Of a stretch of DNA of 64,000 nucleotides, positions 20,501-29,718 are shown piece by piece. Both the position numbers and the translations under genes were made by a program. Within the stretch, counting starts at the first letter, position 1, and each line of letters starts with the position of its first letter. The notes beneath the pieces are model-generated. The model ran no database searches. It had not been told where the DNA came from and saw nothing but the letters and a program-made list of their open reading frames with translations. Origin of the DNA: a virus; the IMG/VR virus record IMGVR_UViG_3300014720_002669. One strand, given 5' to 3'.

Positions 20501-21124
20501 GCTGTGACCATACCAGGTGGAGAAAATTTGGTCTGTACAAACACTGTTGCCAGCACTGATCGTATCACCATTAGCAGCACAGCTGACATGGATCCTGGAG
20601 ACACCATATGGTTCACAGGCGATGTGTTTGGGGGTGTGATAAGCTTCAACACCAACAATCAAGTTTATTACATTTTGGATGTGCCCAGTGCCACTGAATT
20701 TCGAATCACTGCCACACCTGGCGACACTACTCCTGTGGCATTGAGCGATGCCTCAGGTTCAATGAATGCTTTCTGGGGCAACTACAGAATGGGCATTTGG
20801 GAAATCACTGTGGTGCCCGGCGCCACTGCAACAGAACCCAGCACACTGCAACTGTCACTGATACAACAAACTTCGCCCAATCAATACCTGCAGGTCACAC
20901 AAGGGCAATTCTACAACACAGCTCAGTTGTACAGACCCACAGTACCAGGTCCTGCACTCACAGTGATCAACTGGCAACCTTTTATCACAGCAGTTGTGTC
21001 AGTCACATCAGAAACCACGTTTGACACAGCCAGCATGCAATTTATCGCACCGGTTGATATGTACACCACAAGCGATGCACTGGATAAATATCTGGTATTC
21101 CCCAAGACCAATATCTTGGTATAA
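17531..21124 (+). CDS. Large structural protein with Ig-like repeats (baseplate wedge-like)
   Basis: Repeated G.LP.GL.L...G.I.G motifs; W.TPAGSLG; late promoter at 17504. Confidence 0.75.
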   Translation: MAQPVWITPAGSLGIIPEGLFYQQDMLAYPAITGTAVINTAVIVNVTDFDNIEIGDQLYSTLFPTFTFVVAINTTNKTITVDQQALNDAVATDIAYIGGQIFYSVISGLLPQGIQLTNAGTITGVSFASASQQGVPVPVNKNVTSKFAIRAYTTKVVNGQTVVARLRDRTFDLTISGNDVPDFVTPAGSIGTFYDGDEVDIQIQFTDVDPDETIAVTLLDGSMPLGLTLTSLGRISGYIAPFPNVNEPPGYDLDPISVLPFDFVVSAINKNYQFTLEVSDGKSSSIRTFTIFVYDRSELTADTTEILGDTTEVDASQTTERAPFLTNAEPTSIGRVRSDNYFAYQFLGDDYDTADIEYLITVNQGLGLPPGLTLDATSGWLYGYIPDQGITEITYSFYIQVRQVDNPAITSQLYPFTITIIAIDDDAAFWVTDADLGVVENGSTSLLYVEAQARNGAVLNYRLKSGAFNQLPQGLELLATGELAGRITFNTFALDLGSTTFDIDLGVTTGIDPTTFDSKFTFEINAFAPGSNQALYKVIGITVISGGTGYNSATPPTIVFSNPAGSTAVAAVAGAAVISAGVIVSVPVVNPGSGYLSTPTVTITAGFGGSGAVLQAQIQQVASIDSISVFKTFTVTVDREYNYPYQNLFCLALPPANDRLLLNQLLTNQEIFVPEFIYRPQDANFGVSTRVKYEHAYGLAPESIDTYVSSLYTSHYWKNLILGGINTAQALDASGNVVYEVVYSKIIDNLVNNVGQSVNRIVNLPYSIIDPADGSTVVTQVYPNSLKNMRDQVIDVVGQISTKLPLWMTSKQTNGRVLGFTPAWVICYAQPGRSAQIAYYIQEYFAQNLNTVDFKVDRYVLDRTLSKNWNTQSQTWTPQGTLTTFDFQNTTGFENLGLVQCATNLGYSDINYRTIGEINANGGIDGLTAISSPGVDPPPGTRVLVTSGTKIVFVKQQDYGNYTTTDDAWQDYVILYDSVGFDAPGTTFDEAVTIPGGENLVCTNTVASTDRITISSTADMDPGDTIWFTGDVFGGVISFNTNNQVYYILDVPSATEFRITATPGDTTPVALSDASGSMNAFWGNYRMGIWEITVVPGATATEPSTLQLSLIQQTSPNQYLQVTQGQFYNTAQLYRPTVPGPALTVINWQPFITAVVSVTSETTFDTASMQFIAPVDMYTTSDALDKYLVFPKTNILV

Positions 21125-21135
21125 CAAGGACCAAA

Positions 21136-22641
21136 ATGACAAGCAGTATCAACCCAAACAACATCGACGGCGGCTACCCCATTGCCGGCCAAGACAACAA
21201 TTCTCAAGGATTTCGTGACAATTTCACAGAAACCAAAGTGAATTTTCAGTATGCAGCCACCGAAATAACTGATCTTCAGACCAAAGCGGTGTTAAAAGCA
21301 GCATTGTCTGGTACTACTTTGGACAACAACATGGCCGACAATCTGTTGTATGCTGCCAAGATACAAGACTTTTCGGCCACTCGAGTGGCCATTACTCCTG
21401 TGAGTGGCACACTTACTCTGAACTATGCCAGCGCACACTACCAAACATATGACACTGCCACTGCAGGCAGTGTGACCTTGGCATTCAACAATCTTCCATC
21501 ATCAGGGTCTTATGGTCTAGTGCGTCTGCAACTCACAGTCAGCAGTGTGGCTCATACTTTGACTTTGCCTATCCCAGTCAGTGTGGGCATTACTGGTATT
21601 CAAGGTATTGCGCCAGGCACAGCAGGTGTGACCAATACCATAACTTTTTCTGCCACTGGGGTGTTTGAATTTGCGTTTGGCACATACGATGGCGGCTCGG
21701 CCATAACCATTTTTGACTTGAATCGTCCGCTGACCAACTACGGTGGTTCCAGTGTTGCGGTTGGCAATATTTCAGCTTCTGGCACAGCCAACGTCACAGG
21801 CAATGTCAACGGTGGTAATTTGCGCACAGCGGGTTTGATATCAGCCACTGGCAGTGTGTCGGCCACTGGCAACATACAAGGTGGCAATGTGATTGCTTTG
21901 GGCATTAGCAGTGCCATAGGCAATTTGACTGGCGGCAATGTGCTCACAGGAGGTTTGATAGCTGCTGTAGGAAATATCACTGGCTTTATCACGCCACTAG
22001 CAGGCACTGCCACAACAGCTCCCTTGAACTTTGTTTCGGGTACCTTGAATACCACTGCTATTGCTGGAGCACTAGAATATGACGGTGTGGTCATGTACGG
22101 TACCCCGCAAGGCAGTCAGCGCGGTGTGTTAGATACCACACATTTTATGTGTTTGACAGTGGACTACACTGGCAATGATTCTGCCACAGCACAGAAAGTG
22201 TTCAACGTGGGCACAGGTGCTGCAGGTGCCATCACACTGCCGGCCGCGACCAGTTATTTCATGGAAGCAGTGTACTACATCACTCGAAGCGTGGGTACAA
22301 CTTCTCACAACTTCAGCACACTGTTTGCTCTGAGCGGCACACTGACCAGTATCAGTTACACTGTGGATACCACCAGCACCACTGGTAATACCCTGGGCAC
22401 AGTCAGCAGAATCTATGCCACAGCGGCCACCGCCGTTGTGTGTACAGCAAACAGCACATCAGCCACTGAAAATATCACAGTGGTCATACGCGGCGTGATA
22501 CGAACCAACTCAGCAGGCACTTTCACTCCGCAGTTCAAGTATGACACGCCTCCTGGTGGTGCACCGTCAATATTGAAAAACAGCTATATCAAACTCACAC
22601 CCATGGGAACCAATTCTGTTACATCTGTGGGCAATTGGTAA
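21136..22641 (+). CDS. Virion structural/fibre protein
   Basis: YPIAGQDNNSQGFRDNF N-terminus; GNVNGGN repeats. Confidence 0.75.
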   Translation: MTSSINPNNIDGGYPIAGQDNNSQGFRDNFTETKVNFQYAATEITDLQTKAVLKAALSGTTLDNNMADNLLYAAKIQDFSATRVAITPVSGTLTLNYASAHYQTYDTATAGSVTLAFNNLPSSGSYGLVRLQLTVSSVAHTLTLPIPVSVGITGIQGIAPGTAGVTNTITFSATGVFEFAFGTYDGGSAITIFDLNRPLTNYGGSSVAVGNISASGTANVTGNVNGGNLRTAGLISATGSVSATGNIQGGNVIALGISSAIGNLTGGNVLTGGLIAAVGNITGFITPLAGTATTAPLNFVSGTLNTTAIAGALEYDGVVMYGTPQGSQRGVLDTTHFMCLTVDYTGNDSATAQKVFNVGTGAAGAITLPAATSYFMEAVYYITRSVGTTSHNFSTLFALSGTLTSISYTVDTTSTTGNTLGTVSRIYATAATAVVCTANSTSATENITVVIRGVIRTNSAGTFTPQFKYDTPPGGAPSILKNSYIKLTPMGTNSVTSVGNW

Positions 22642-22650
22642 AACACAGCA

Positions 22651-22679
22651 TTGACTATCAGCGGATAATTTAGTACAAT
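22651..22679 (+). promoter_or_regulatory. Sigma70-like promoter, probably leaderless
   Basis: TTGACT-17-TACAAT with ATG 6 nt downstream. Confidence 0.7.
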
Positions 22680-22685
22680 AACACT

Positions 22686-22922
22686 ATGGAACATCCGCTG
22701 ATAGGCTCACTTGATGATCAAACGCTGGAACAACTCAGCACCCGAATCAATGATCTAGCCAAAAAATTAAGCATTGCTGCCAGATCAGGCAATGGACATT
22801 TGTGCAATCAAATACGCATGGCCATGACCAACTATCAAAATATGTATCAAACCAAACTGCAAGAAAGTTACCGCAAAGCACAAGGTGACTCCAACTTTGA
22901 CGACAAAATCAACATTCAATGA
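22686..22922 (+). CDS. Hypothetical protein
   Basis: First ORF of a coupled operon. Confidence 0.7.
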   Translation: MEHPLIGSLDDQTLEQLSTRINDLAKKLSIAARSGNGHLCNQIRMAMTNYQNMYQTKLQESYRKAQGDSNFDDKINIQ

Positions 22923-23518
22923 ACGTTAGACTTCAATATGACATGGAATTCCTGGCAGGAATCTACTATGATCAACAACTACACATCAACAGTTATTCTG
23001 TCACGCTGAATCTTGTGACTCGTTCAACTCATGCTCAAATCACCAACATAGCCATGGATCGGTTGCGGGCTTTTGTAGTAACCGAACTGGCCAACACAGT
23101 GTTTGTAAATCAAAACCTTTTGGAACAGGCTGAAATGCTCAGTGTAATGGGCGTAAATGTCACAACATTGCCTGAGGAACCAGTTGACCAAATCATTGGC
23201 ATGATGTTATACTACAAACTCAATGCCATCATGGAAGGGCGCATGACTGTGGACAGCCTGGACTTGTCGAGTGTGTTGGGCGATTCAGTTTGGTACAGAC
23301 ACGACGAAGACGACTTGCCGGGACCGTTTGCTGATCAAGGCTGGTGGCACGAACCAAACACTCGACACCATGATCTTGGGCAGGATCAATCACATGACAA
23401 TGTGCTCAAGGTCATGCCCAACTCATGGAGTGAATACGGACTTCAATGGTTGGAAGATGCCACTGATGGCACTGGTAATACTGTGGTATTTGCAAATTTC
23501 CAAAAAAATGAAGACTGA
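22919..23518 (+). CDS. Hypothetical protein
   Basis: Coupled 199-aa ORF. Confidence 0.75.
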   Translation: MNVRLQYDMEFLAGIYYDQQLHINSYSVTLNLVTRSTHAQITNIAMDRLRAFVVTELANTVFVNQNLLEQAEMLSVMGVNVTTLPEEPVDQIIGMMLYYKLNAIMEGRMTVDSLDLSSVLGDSVWYRHDEDDLPGPFADQGWWHEPNTRHHDLGQDQSHDNVLKVMPNSWSEYGLQWLEDATDGTGNTVVFANFQKNED

Positions 23519-24020
23519 TCAATACGGACAAATCATCTACTCAGAGTCAGATCTTGTGAACATGGTCATGCGTGGCGTGCCTGTGTCACAGATGACGGGA
23601 ATGTTGGTAGAACAGGGACTGACCTTGGAATCTGCTGCTGAATATTTGGAACAAATGCCGGACCTTGTTGCTTATCAAATGAACACTGCCACAGTGGCCG
23701 AGTGGGATGCTGTGAATCAACGCCAGTGGCACATGCCTGGGGAATACAAAAATTTGGACATTGCCGAACTGGTACTGAATCTGTGTACCACCGATGCTGA
23801 ACTTCAACGCTGTGGGGCAGAACTGCTGATGTTTCAAGAACGAGACTTGTTTAATTTGTTGCGGTACTTGAAATATCTTGTGGATACACTGGAGGCCAAT
23901 CGCATGATCTGGGGTGTGGGGCGAGGCAGTTCAGTGGCCAGTTATGTGTTGTACAAACTGAGAGTGCACAGAATTGACAGCCTTTACTATGATTTAGATC
24001 CCACAGAATTCCTGCGTTAA
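23508..24020 (+). CDS. DNA polymerase III alpha-like fragment (split DnaE piece)
   Basis: WGVGRGSSVASYVLY...I...YDL...EFL matches the DnaE GRGS region. Confidence 0.8.
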   Translation: MKTDQYGQIIYSESDLVNMVMRGVPVSQMTGMLVEQGLTLESAAEYLEQMPDLVAYQMNTATVAEWDAVNQRQWHMPGEYKNLDIAELVLNLCTTDAELQRCGAELLMFQERDLFNLLRYLKYLVDTLEANRMIWGVGRGSSVASYVLYKLRVHRIDSLYYDLDPTEFLR

Positions 24021-24042
24021 ATAGAATTTTAGGAGAGAGACA

Positions 24043-24273
24043 ATGACCAAAGATATTTACAAAAGTGCCAAAGGCAAACCGGTAGACATGGGCGCATTGC
24101 GTTTAAAAAATGAGCAAACTGTGGCCGTAGGCAACATGAAAGTCAATGCCAGAGGCGACAAAATTGACGAGCAAGGACAAATCATTGCCAGCAAACCTGC
24201 ACAAGTAAATGAGCAGTACAATCAACAGCTGGCTGACAAAATGACCAGCCATAAATGGAACCTTGAAGGATGA
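24043..24273 (+). CDS. Hypothetical protein
   Basis: TAAATA plus AGGAG SD; AVGNMKVNARGD. Confidence 0.75.
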   Translation: MTKDIYKSAKGKPVDMGALRLKNEQTVAVGNMKVNARGDKIDEQGQIIASKPAQVNEQYNQQLADKMTSHKWNLEG

Positions 24274-24647
24274 AGGCAGCATATTCAGCACACAGAATTA
24301 GCAAACTACAAGCATTGAGCGATTCAGTGTTGGTAGAAGACATGACCTTTGACGAACGTATTTCAAATGGCGGCATTGTGTTGTTGAACGACAATGGCAA
24401 GAGTTCAGGTATTCGCCCTCGTTGGGGCAGAGTATATGCCACAGGCCCAGAGCAAACGGATGTACGTGTGGGTGAGTGGATACTGGTGGCACACGGACGT
24501 TGGACACGTGGCTTGGACATAGAAGATGATGAGGGCAAACGCACCATCCGTAAAATTGATCCCAAAGACATATTAATGAGTGCAGATGAACGCCCTGCAG
24601 ATGTCACCTTTTCAGACGCCATCAACGTTGAGAAAAAAGAACGATGA
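24270..24647 (+). CDS. groES: GroES-like co-chaperonin
   Basis: ALSDSVLV...GGIVL...GRVYATGP...VRVGEWIL. Confidence 0.8.
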   Translation: MKAAYSAHRISKLQALSDSVLVEDMTFDERISNGGIVLLNDNGKSSGIRPRWGRVYATGPEQTDVRVGEWILVAHGRWTRGLDIEDDEGKRTIRKIDPKDILMSADERPADVTFSDAINVEKKER

Positions 24648-24874
24648 TCATAAACTGGGATGCTGATCGAGTCATCGGCGAATGCCAAAAAATGTACCAC
24701 GGAGCAAATGATCCGTATGTCACAGGTTGGAACAATTGGCCTTGCAAACAAGACCTATATCGTGTAAAATTTGCTGTGGACGAGATGTTAAAGAATACCA
24801 GCCGATTCTCAGGCGAAGATGAATGGCTGCTGGAACAAGAAAAAGAGCAAATGTGGAAGGTATTAAAATCATGA
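24644..24874 (+). CDS. Hypothetical protein
   Basis: Coupled ORF. Confidence 0.7.
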   Translation: MIINWDADRVIGECQKMYHGANDPYVTGWNNWPCKQDLYRVKFAVDEMLKNTSRFSGEDEWLLEQEKEQMWKVLKS

Positions 24875-25062
24875 TTGAAGTTCAACCCAAAGATCCAAGT
24901 CGGGGACATTTTTATGTCAGCCTTGTCAAAAGTGCATTGCGAATCATAGCAGGTGGCTGTATAATTGCGGCAGGATATTCTATCAACCAACCTTGGCTTG
25001 TTGCAGGCGGTGCATTACTACTTGGAGCAGAACTTTTAGGTATTGTAGAGGAATTGGTTTGA
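24871..25062 (+). CDS. Small membrane protein
   Basis: HFYVSLVKSALRI...AELLGIVEELV. Confidence 0.7.
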   Translation: MIEVQPKDPSRGHFYVSLVKSALRIIAGGCIIAAGYSINQPWLVAGGALLLGAELLGIVEELV

Positions 25063-25259
25063 ACATCAACTGTGAAAAGTGCAACGCTACATTTGAATGT
25101 GGTGCTCACACTGGACACTGCTGGTGCTTTGAATTAGAACACATTACTCCCGACAATTGCGGCACAAACTGTTTGTGCCAATCCTGTTTGCAACAACTAG
25201 TAGACGACAAAAATGAAACAACTCTGGACCGAAAAGTACCGCCCCAACACACTAATTGA
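25059..25259 (+). CDS. Cysteine-rich CWC-family small protein
   Basis: CEKCNATFEC...CWC...CLCQSCL; TTG start. Confidence 0.6.
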   Translation: MNINCEKCNATFECGAHTGHCWCFELEHITPDNCGTNCLCQSCLQQLVDDKNETTLDRKVPPQHTN

Positions 25260-26136
25260 TTATGTGTTTCGTGATCAAGCACAGCGAGAACAAGTAGAAG
25301 GTTGGGTACGGTCTGGTGCTATTCCGCACCTGCTGTTCTCTGGCTCACCAGGTGTGGGCAAGACCACCCTGGCCCGGATCTTGATCCAGGAACTGGGCAT
25401 TGATCCATTTGATGTGATGGAAATCAATGCATCAAGAGAAAACAACATTGACACAATCCGTGCCAAGATCACCAGCTTTGTGCAGACCATGCCATTTGGT
25501 GATTTCAAGATTGTGTTGTTGGACGAAGCAGACTACATCACGCCCAATGGTCAGGCAGCCCTGCGTGGTGTGATGGAGACGTATTCCAGCACTGCCCGAT
25601 TCATTCTCACTTGTAACTATCCCAATCGTGTTATTCCAGCCTTGCACAGCAGATGTCAAGGATTTCACATTGAGAAAGTGGATGTGACAGAGTTCACTGC
25701 TAGAATGGCCACCATACTGGTGACAGAGTCAGCGGAGTTTGATTTAGACACCTTGGACAGTTATGTCAAGGCCACTTATCCAGATCTTCGCAAGTGTATC
25801 AACTTGTGCCAAATGAACACTGTGGATAGCAGACTCAATGCACCACACGGCGACGAAGGTGGTGCAACGTCTGACTACTTGCTCACAGCAGTGGACCTGT
25901 TCAAGCGTGGTCGAACACGTGAAGCCAGAACCTTGCTGTGCCAAAATGTGCGCAGTGAGGACATGGAAAACCTGTTCCGTTGGATGTACGACAACTTGGA
26001 TTTGTGGGGCACCACACCCGAACGTCAAGACCAAGCCATCATAATCATCCGTAACAGCGCAGCCAATGCCAGTCTTGTGGCAGACCATGAAATCAACTTG
26101 AGCGCCACAATTGTAGAACTGTGTAACATAGAATGA
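25213..26136 (+). CDS. Clamp loader subunit (RFC/T4 gp44-like AAA+)
   Basis: LWTEKYRP, GSPGVGKT, LLDEAD, SRC. Confidence 0.92.
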   Translation: MKQLWTEKYRPNTLIDYVFRDQAQREQVEGWVRSGAIPHLLFSGSPGVGKTTLARILIQELGIDPFDVMEINASRENNIDTIRAKITSFVQTMPFGDFKIVLLDEADYITPNGQAALRGVMETYSSTARFILTCNYPNRVIPALHSRCQGFHIEKVDVTEFTARMATILVTESAEFDLDTLDSYVKATYPDLRKCINLCQMNTVDSRLNAPHGDEGGATSDYLLTAVDLFKRGRTREARTLLCQNVRSEDMENLFRWMYDNLDLWGTTPERQDQAIIIIRNSAANASLVADHEINLSATIVELCNIE

Positions 26137-26426
26137 GATACCTGCTGTTGACCTATATGACCAAACCCGACGGCCGAATTGACGAAGTTATGGCCGTGGC
26201 TCGAAATCTCAAAAAAAGAGACATTGCCACTTGCAATGTCATACTTGACTTCAAAACCTTGAGTGTGTTAAAATGCAGCATGGCAGGCACAACTGTGCCC
26301 AGGGATTTTGATCGCATAGCCGGTTACTATCATCAACACTATGCAGCCACCATAGAACGATTATTCAAAGAAAATGGATACCAAGTTGAAGTCAACAACC
26401 CCGAAACCAAACCTGATTTTAGTTGA
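26133..26426 (+). CDS. Hypothetical protein
   Basis: Coupled ORF. Confidence 0.7.
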   Translation: MRYLLLTYMTKPDGRIDEVMAVARNLKKRDIATCNVILDFKTLSVLKCSMAGTTVPRDFDRIAGYYHQHYAATIERLFKENGYQVEVNNPETKPDFS

Positions 26427-26994
26427 CGCAGATGGCGTCTTGCTCGACTGGGAGTTTGCTTTCTCAATCTGGATGGACGAACACGGATTTGTTAAACAGG
26501 AGGGTCACCAATTTGAATACGACATTGGTGACCGTTATGGTGTAGGACACAAACAGGGCCGCAAACTTATAAAAATGTTCAACGAATCAGCCGCAATTGG
26601 ATTCTTGCCACCCTTGCGTGATGCCATGTACTATGTGAAACGACTGCACGAAGAACATGGCTATGTGTTTCATTGCATCACCAGTCTCAGCACAGACGTC
26701 AACGCTGGCCGACTGAGAGAAATGAACCTGCGCAAATTGTTTGGCAAAACAGCATTTGAAGATGTGACTTGTTTGGCCACAGGTGCTGCTAAAAACTATG
26801 CCTTGGAACCCTATGCTGGATCAGGACTGTGGTGGTTTGAGGACAAAATTGAAAATGCGGTTGTTGGACATGAAATGGGTCTTAAATCTGTGCTAATAGA
26901 GCATGGACACAATATGACTTTTGAACACCCGAACATTCCTAGGGTAAAAAATTGGAAAGAGATTTACGATCTTATAACCAATGCCAGCCACTAA
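26374..26994 (+). CDS. HAD-superfamily hydrolase (nucleotidase-like)
   Basis: LVDADGVLLDW, ITS, FEDK, KNWKEI. Confidence 0.85.
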   Translation: MDTKLKSTTPKPNLILVDADGVLLDWEFAFSIWMDEHGFVKQEGHQFEYDIGDRYGVGHKQGRKLIKMFNESAAIGFLPPLRDAMYYVKRLHEEHGYVFHCITSLSTDVNAGRLREMNLRKLFGKTAFEDVTCLATGAAKNYALEPYAGSGLWWFEDKIENAVVGHEMGLKSVLIEHGHNMTFEHPNIPRVKNWKEIYDLITNASH

Positions 26995-27613
26995 CTCCGC
27001 GTTTAATTAATCCACCGATTGCTTCTGGAGTTATTCCATATGCTTTTGCAGCATCACCTCTACTTTGGAATATCTCTCCACTAGGAGAAATACACGGCTT
27101 CCTTCCATACTGTGATAATTTCATTTTTGTTTCAGCGGTATGTGGTTTTTTATATTTTATTATTCTGCCAGGCACAAAAATATCAGGTTGTGTTCCTTCG
27201 GGCACGTAAATATTTTCTGTCCCATTGTTATACCATCTAAGATTATTTTCAACAATAGCCGATCTACCAAACATTGAATTCTTAGAGCCTGTTGTGTCTC
27301 TCTTCGCCATGCCTATCCTATAATTTTCACATCTTGATGTGTCACCACCGTCTCCTGTTTCGGGACGCATATTTGCAAAATTTTGATCATTAACAACATC
27401 CCATAATTCTGAATAGTATTGTCCTTTTGTTTTAATTTCTTCAAGATTGTCGGATTCAAAAAGAATTAAGGTGGAAACATCATTACCGTGTTTGGCTAAA
27501 TGACGAGTCCACCTTAATCCAGATCCTTTATATTTGTAAGGATCTCCTGTAGTTTTACCAAGGTACTTCAGGCCAGTAACTTGGTGCGTTTTCAAATACA
27601 GATATGTTTTTAT
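26972..27613 (-). mobile_element. GIY-YIG (Seg-like) homing endonuclease with ATA at the expected start
   Basis: KTYLYLKTH...LKYLGKT...YKGSG; NUMOD-like KPHTAETKMKLS; AT-rich. Confidence 0.85.
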
Positions 27614-27685
27614 AATTTTATTTATGAAGATAAACTAGAAAACGCTAGTTAAAAATTGGCGGGAAATCTACGCAATAATCACCTC

Positions 27686-28420
27686 CTAAACCGCGTAGAG
27701 TTTCAACACTGACCCAATAATGCTGTGGCGTTGCACGTCACGAGTTTGCATTTCGCACACAGCAATTCCTGCAACTGCGGTTTGTTGCAGTTTCGCACAT
27801 AGATCCAGCAAGCCGTTGTCTCCTTGAGCACGGTCTGCTTGATCCACATCTCCTGTGATCACAATTTTGGAGTTTTGTCCAATGCGTGTCATCAGCATCT
27901 TGACCTGTGCTGGTGTTGCATTCTGCATTTCGTCTGCGATGATCCACGAATTACGGAAGGTCCGGCCTCTCATGTATGCCAGAGGAGATAGGTCCAGAAT
28001 CTGATCTTCAATCATGGCCAAGATATCTTGTGGCCTATAGTATTCACGCATGACGTCCAAGAGCGGACGAGTCCAAGGTTCCATTTTGGCAACCAAGTTA
28101 CCGGGAAGAAAGCCATGGCTCTCACCCTCTACACCCACTGCGGGTCTTGTCAGCACTATTCGATCGCATACTCCTTCTCTAAGATTTTTAACAGCAGCCT
28201 GCATTGCCAGGTACGTCTTACCTGTTCCAGCGGGTCCGGCTGTGACGACAATGTGTTGATCGGGATCTTGCAGGGCCATGACCAGTCGTTCTTGATTTCG
28301 TGTTCGAGGGATCAAGTCAATGCGGCGAGGTTGTGCTCGCGGTACATTGTTAAAGGCTATGGTGTTTGCTACTTCCAGATTCATACGTTTTTGTGCTTTT
28401 TGTGCTCGTTGTCTACTCAA
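27686..28420 (-). CDS. phoH: PhoH-family protein
   Basis: GPAGTGKT, LTRPAV, GFLPG, YMRGRTF, DEMQN, ITGD; TTG start after AGGAG. Confidence 0.95.
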   Translation of the reverse strand: MSRQRAQKAQKRMNLEVANTIAFNNVPRAQPRRIDLIPRTRNQERLVMALQDPDQHIVVTAGPAGTGKTYLAMQAAVKNLREGVCDRIVLTRPAVGVEGESHGFLPGNLVAKMEPWTRPLLDVMREYYRPQDILAMIEDQILDLSPLAYMRGRTFRNSWIIADEMQNATPAQVKMLMTRIGQNSKIVITGDVDQADRAQGDNGLLDLCAKLQQTAVAGIAVCEMQTRDVQRHSIIGSVLKLYAV

Positions 28421-28586
28421 GTGTGATTCTCCTAAGCCCTGTAGGGCCAGGTATTTACGGTGCAACTTTGTACAATAACGGAGTGGTATTTTCAAGTGCG
28501 GGGTCACTAAATACTGACCAGGCCGCAAAAAACCAACCGACCAAACTCTATTGAGCGTGTGCAATCACTTTGGTAAATACAGCATT

Positions 28587-29198
28587 ATGCAAACCAAGAA
28601 CATACACGGCATCAACGACAAAGAACTGTTCAAATCACACGAAGATTATTGGCAGGTGGCCGACGTCATCCGCGGAATTTACATGAGTGACGGGTCGCTA
28701 ACCACACTACTGGACTTTGAGCGTGTGCTGGACGAAATGGACATCTACGCATTTAGAAACTGGGAAATTGGTGAACTGGTAGCAGGCCCAGACATTGGCA
28801 AATACACAGTGGGTGTGACCTTTATGTGGCCAGAGCGTATGATGCCCGACCCCCGAGGTGGCAAACGCCTGCTGCCATTTGATTGCAAGGTCACATACAA
28901 AAAGCAAAAGATCAAGATTCCCATCCGGATCAACGATCCGTCAGATTACATTCCTGGCACCAAAAAAGCCCGGATCATTGAACGACCTGTGTGGCTGGTA
29001 GAAATTGTCATGCCCAAGCGACTTATGAGTGAGATACGCACAGGAGCCATTGAGATGGAAGGCCAAGAAATTGACTTGGACGAATTGGATCAAGCCTATG
29101 AGCAGGATCTAGACAAAGAAGACACACAAAGTGATGCAAAGGCCCAAGATGCACAACAAAACTTACAACAACAACTCCAACCAGTCCCAGCTGCTTGA
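28587..29198 (+). CDS. Conserved hypothetical protein
   Basis: ATG 7 nt after TAAATA. Confidence 0.8.
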   Translation: MQTKNIHGINDKELFKSHEDYWQVADVIRGIYMSDGSLTTLLDFERVLDEMDIYAFRNWEIGELVAGPDIGKYTVGVTFMWPERMMPDPRGGKRLLPFDCKVTYKKQKIKIPIRINDPSDYIPGTKKARIIERPVWLVEIVMPKRLMSEIRTGAIEMEGQEIDLDELDQAYEQDLDKEDTQSDAKAQDAQQNLQQQLQPVPAA

Positions 29199-29718
29199 AG
29201 GACTACAGTATCGTGACCTAGAAGGCATGATCAAGCCCACTATTCATGTGGATGAATTTTCAGGCAAAATGGGCGATGACGAAGACATCATTGTGATCAG
29301 TTTCTTTGTGCGTGACAAACAAGCAGCCAAGGATCTTGTGGCCTGGTTTGAAAAGGGCTATGACTTTGTGCTGGATGCTGACCGATCTCCAGGCGAAATC
29401 AAACCCAGTCGTTACTTGGTATACGTGGAAATGCGCAGACGCAGTGCCGCACCACAGTATGTGGCAGAAATGCTCGATGACCTAGAAACACTCACAGAAT
29501 ATGAAGCTGAAGACTGGACCATGCGGTACAATGGTCAAACACAGCCTTGGTCAGAAGAAGCATTTGCAACAGTTGTGCCGCTCACGCCTGATGATTATCG
29601 TCGCACACATGAGTCAGACTTGAATGAGTGGCGTACTGCTGCTGGATTGCCAGTGAAACCGATTCACGAAACCCGTCCTGACATGCGAGCCTTGCAGGCC
29701 GCTGCCGGCGTTATCTAA
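29149..29718 (+). CDS. Hypothetical, probable head-associated protein
   Basis: LLE|G near the N-terminus; C-terminal AAGL/AAGV motifs; start uncertain. Confidence 0.7.
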   Translation: MHNKTYNNNSNQSQLLEGLQYRDLEGMIKPTIHVDEFSGKMGDDEDIIVISFFVRDKQAAKDLVAWFEKGYDFVLDADRSPGEIKPSRYLVYVEMRRRSAAPQYVAEMLDDLETLTEYEAEDWTMRYNGQTQPWSEEAFATVVPLTPDDYRRTHESDLNEWRTAAGLPVKPIHETRPDMRALQAAAGVI

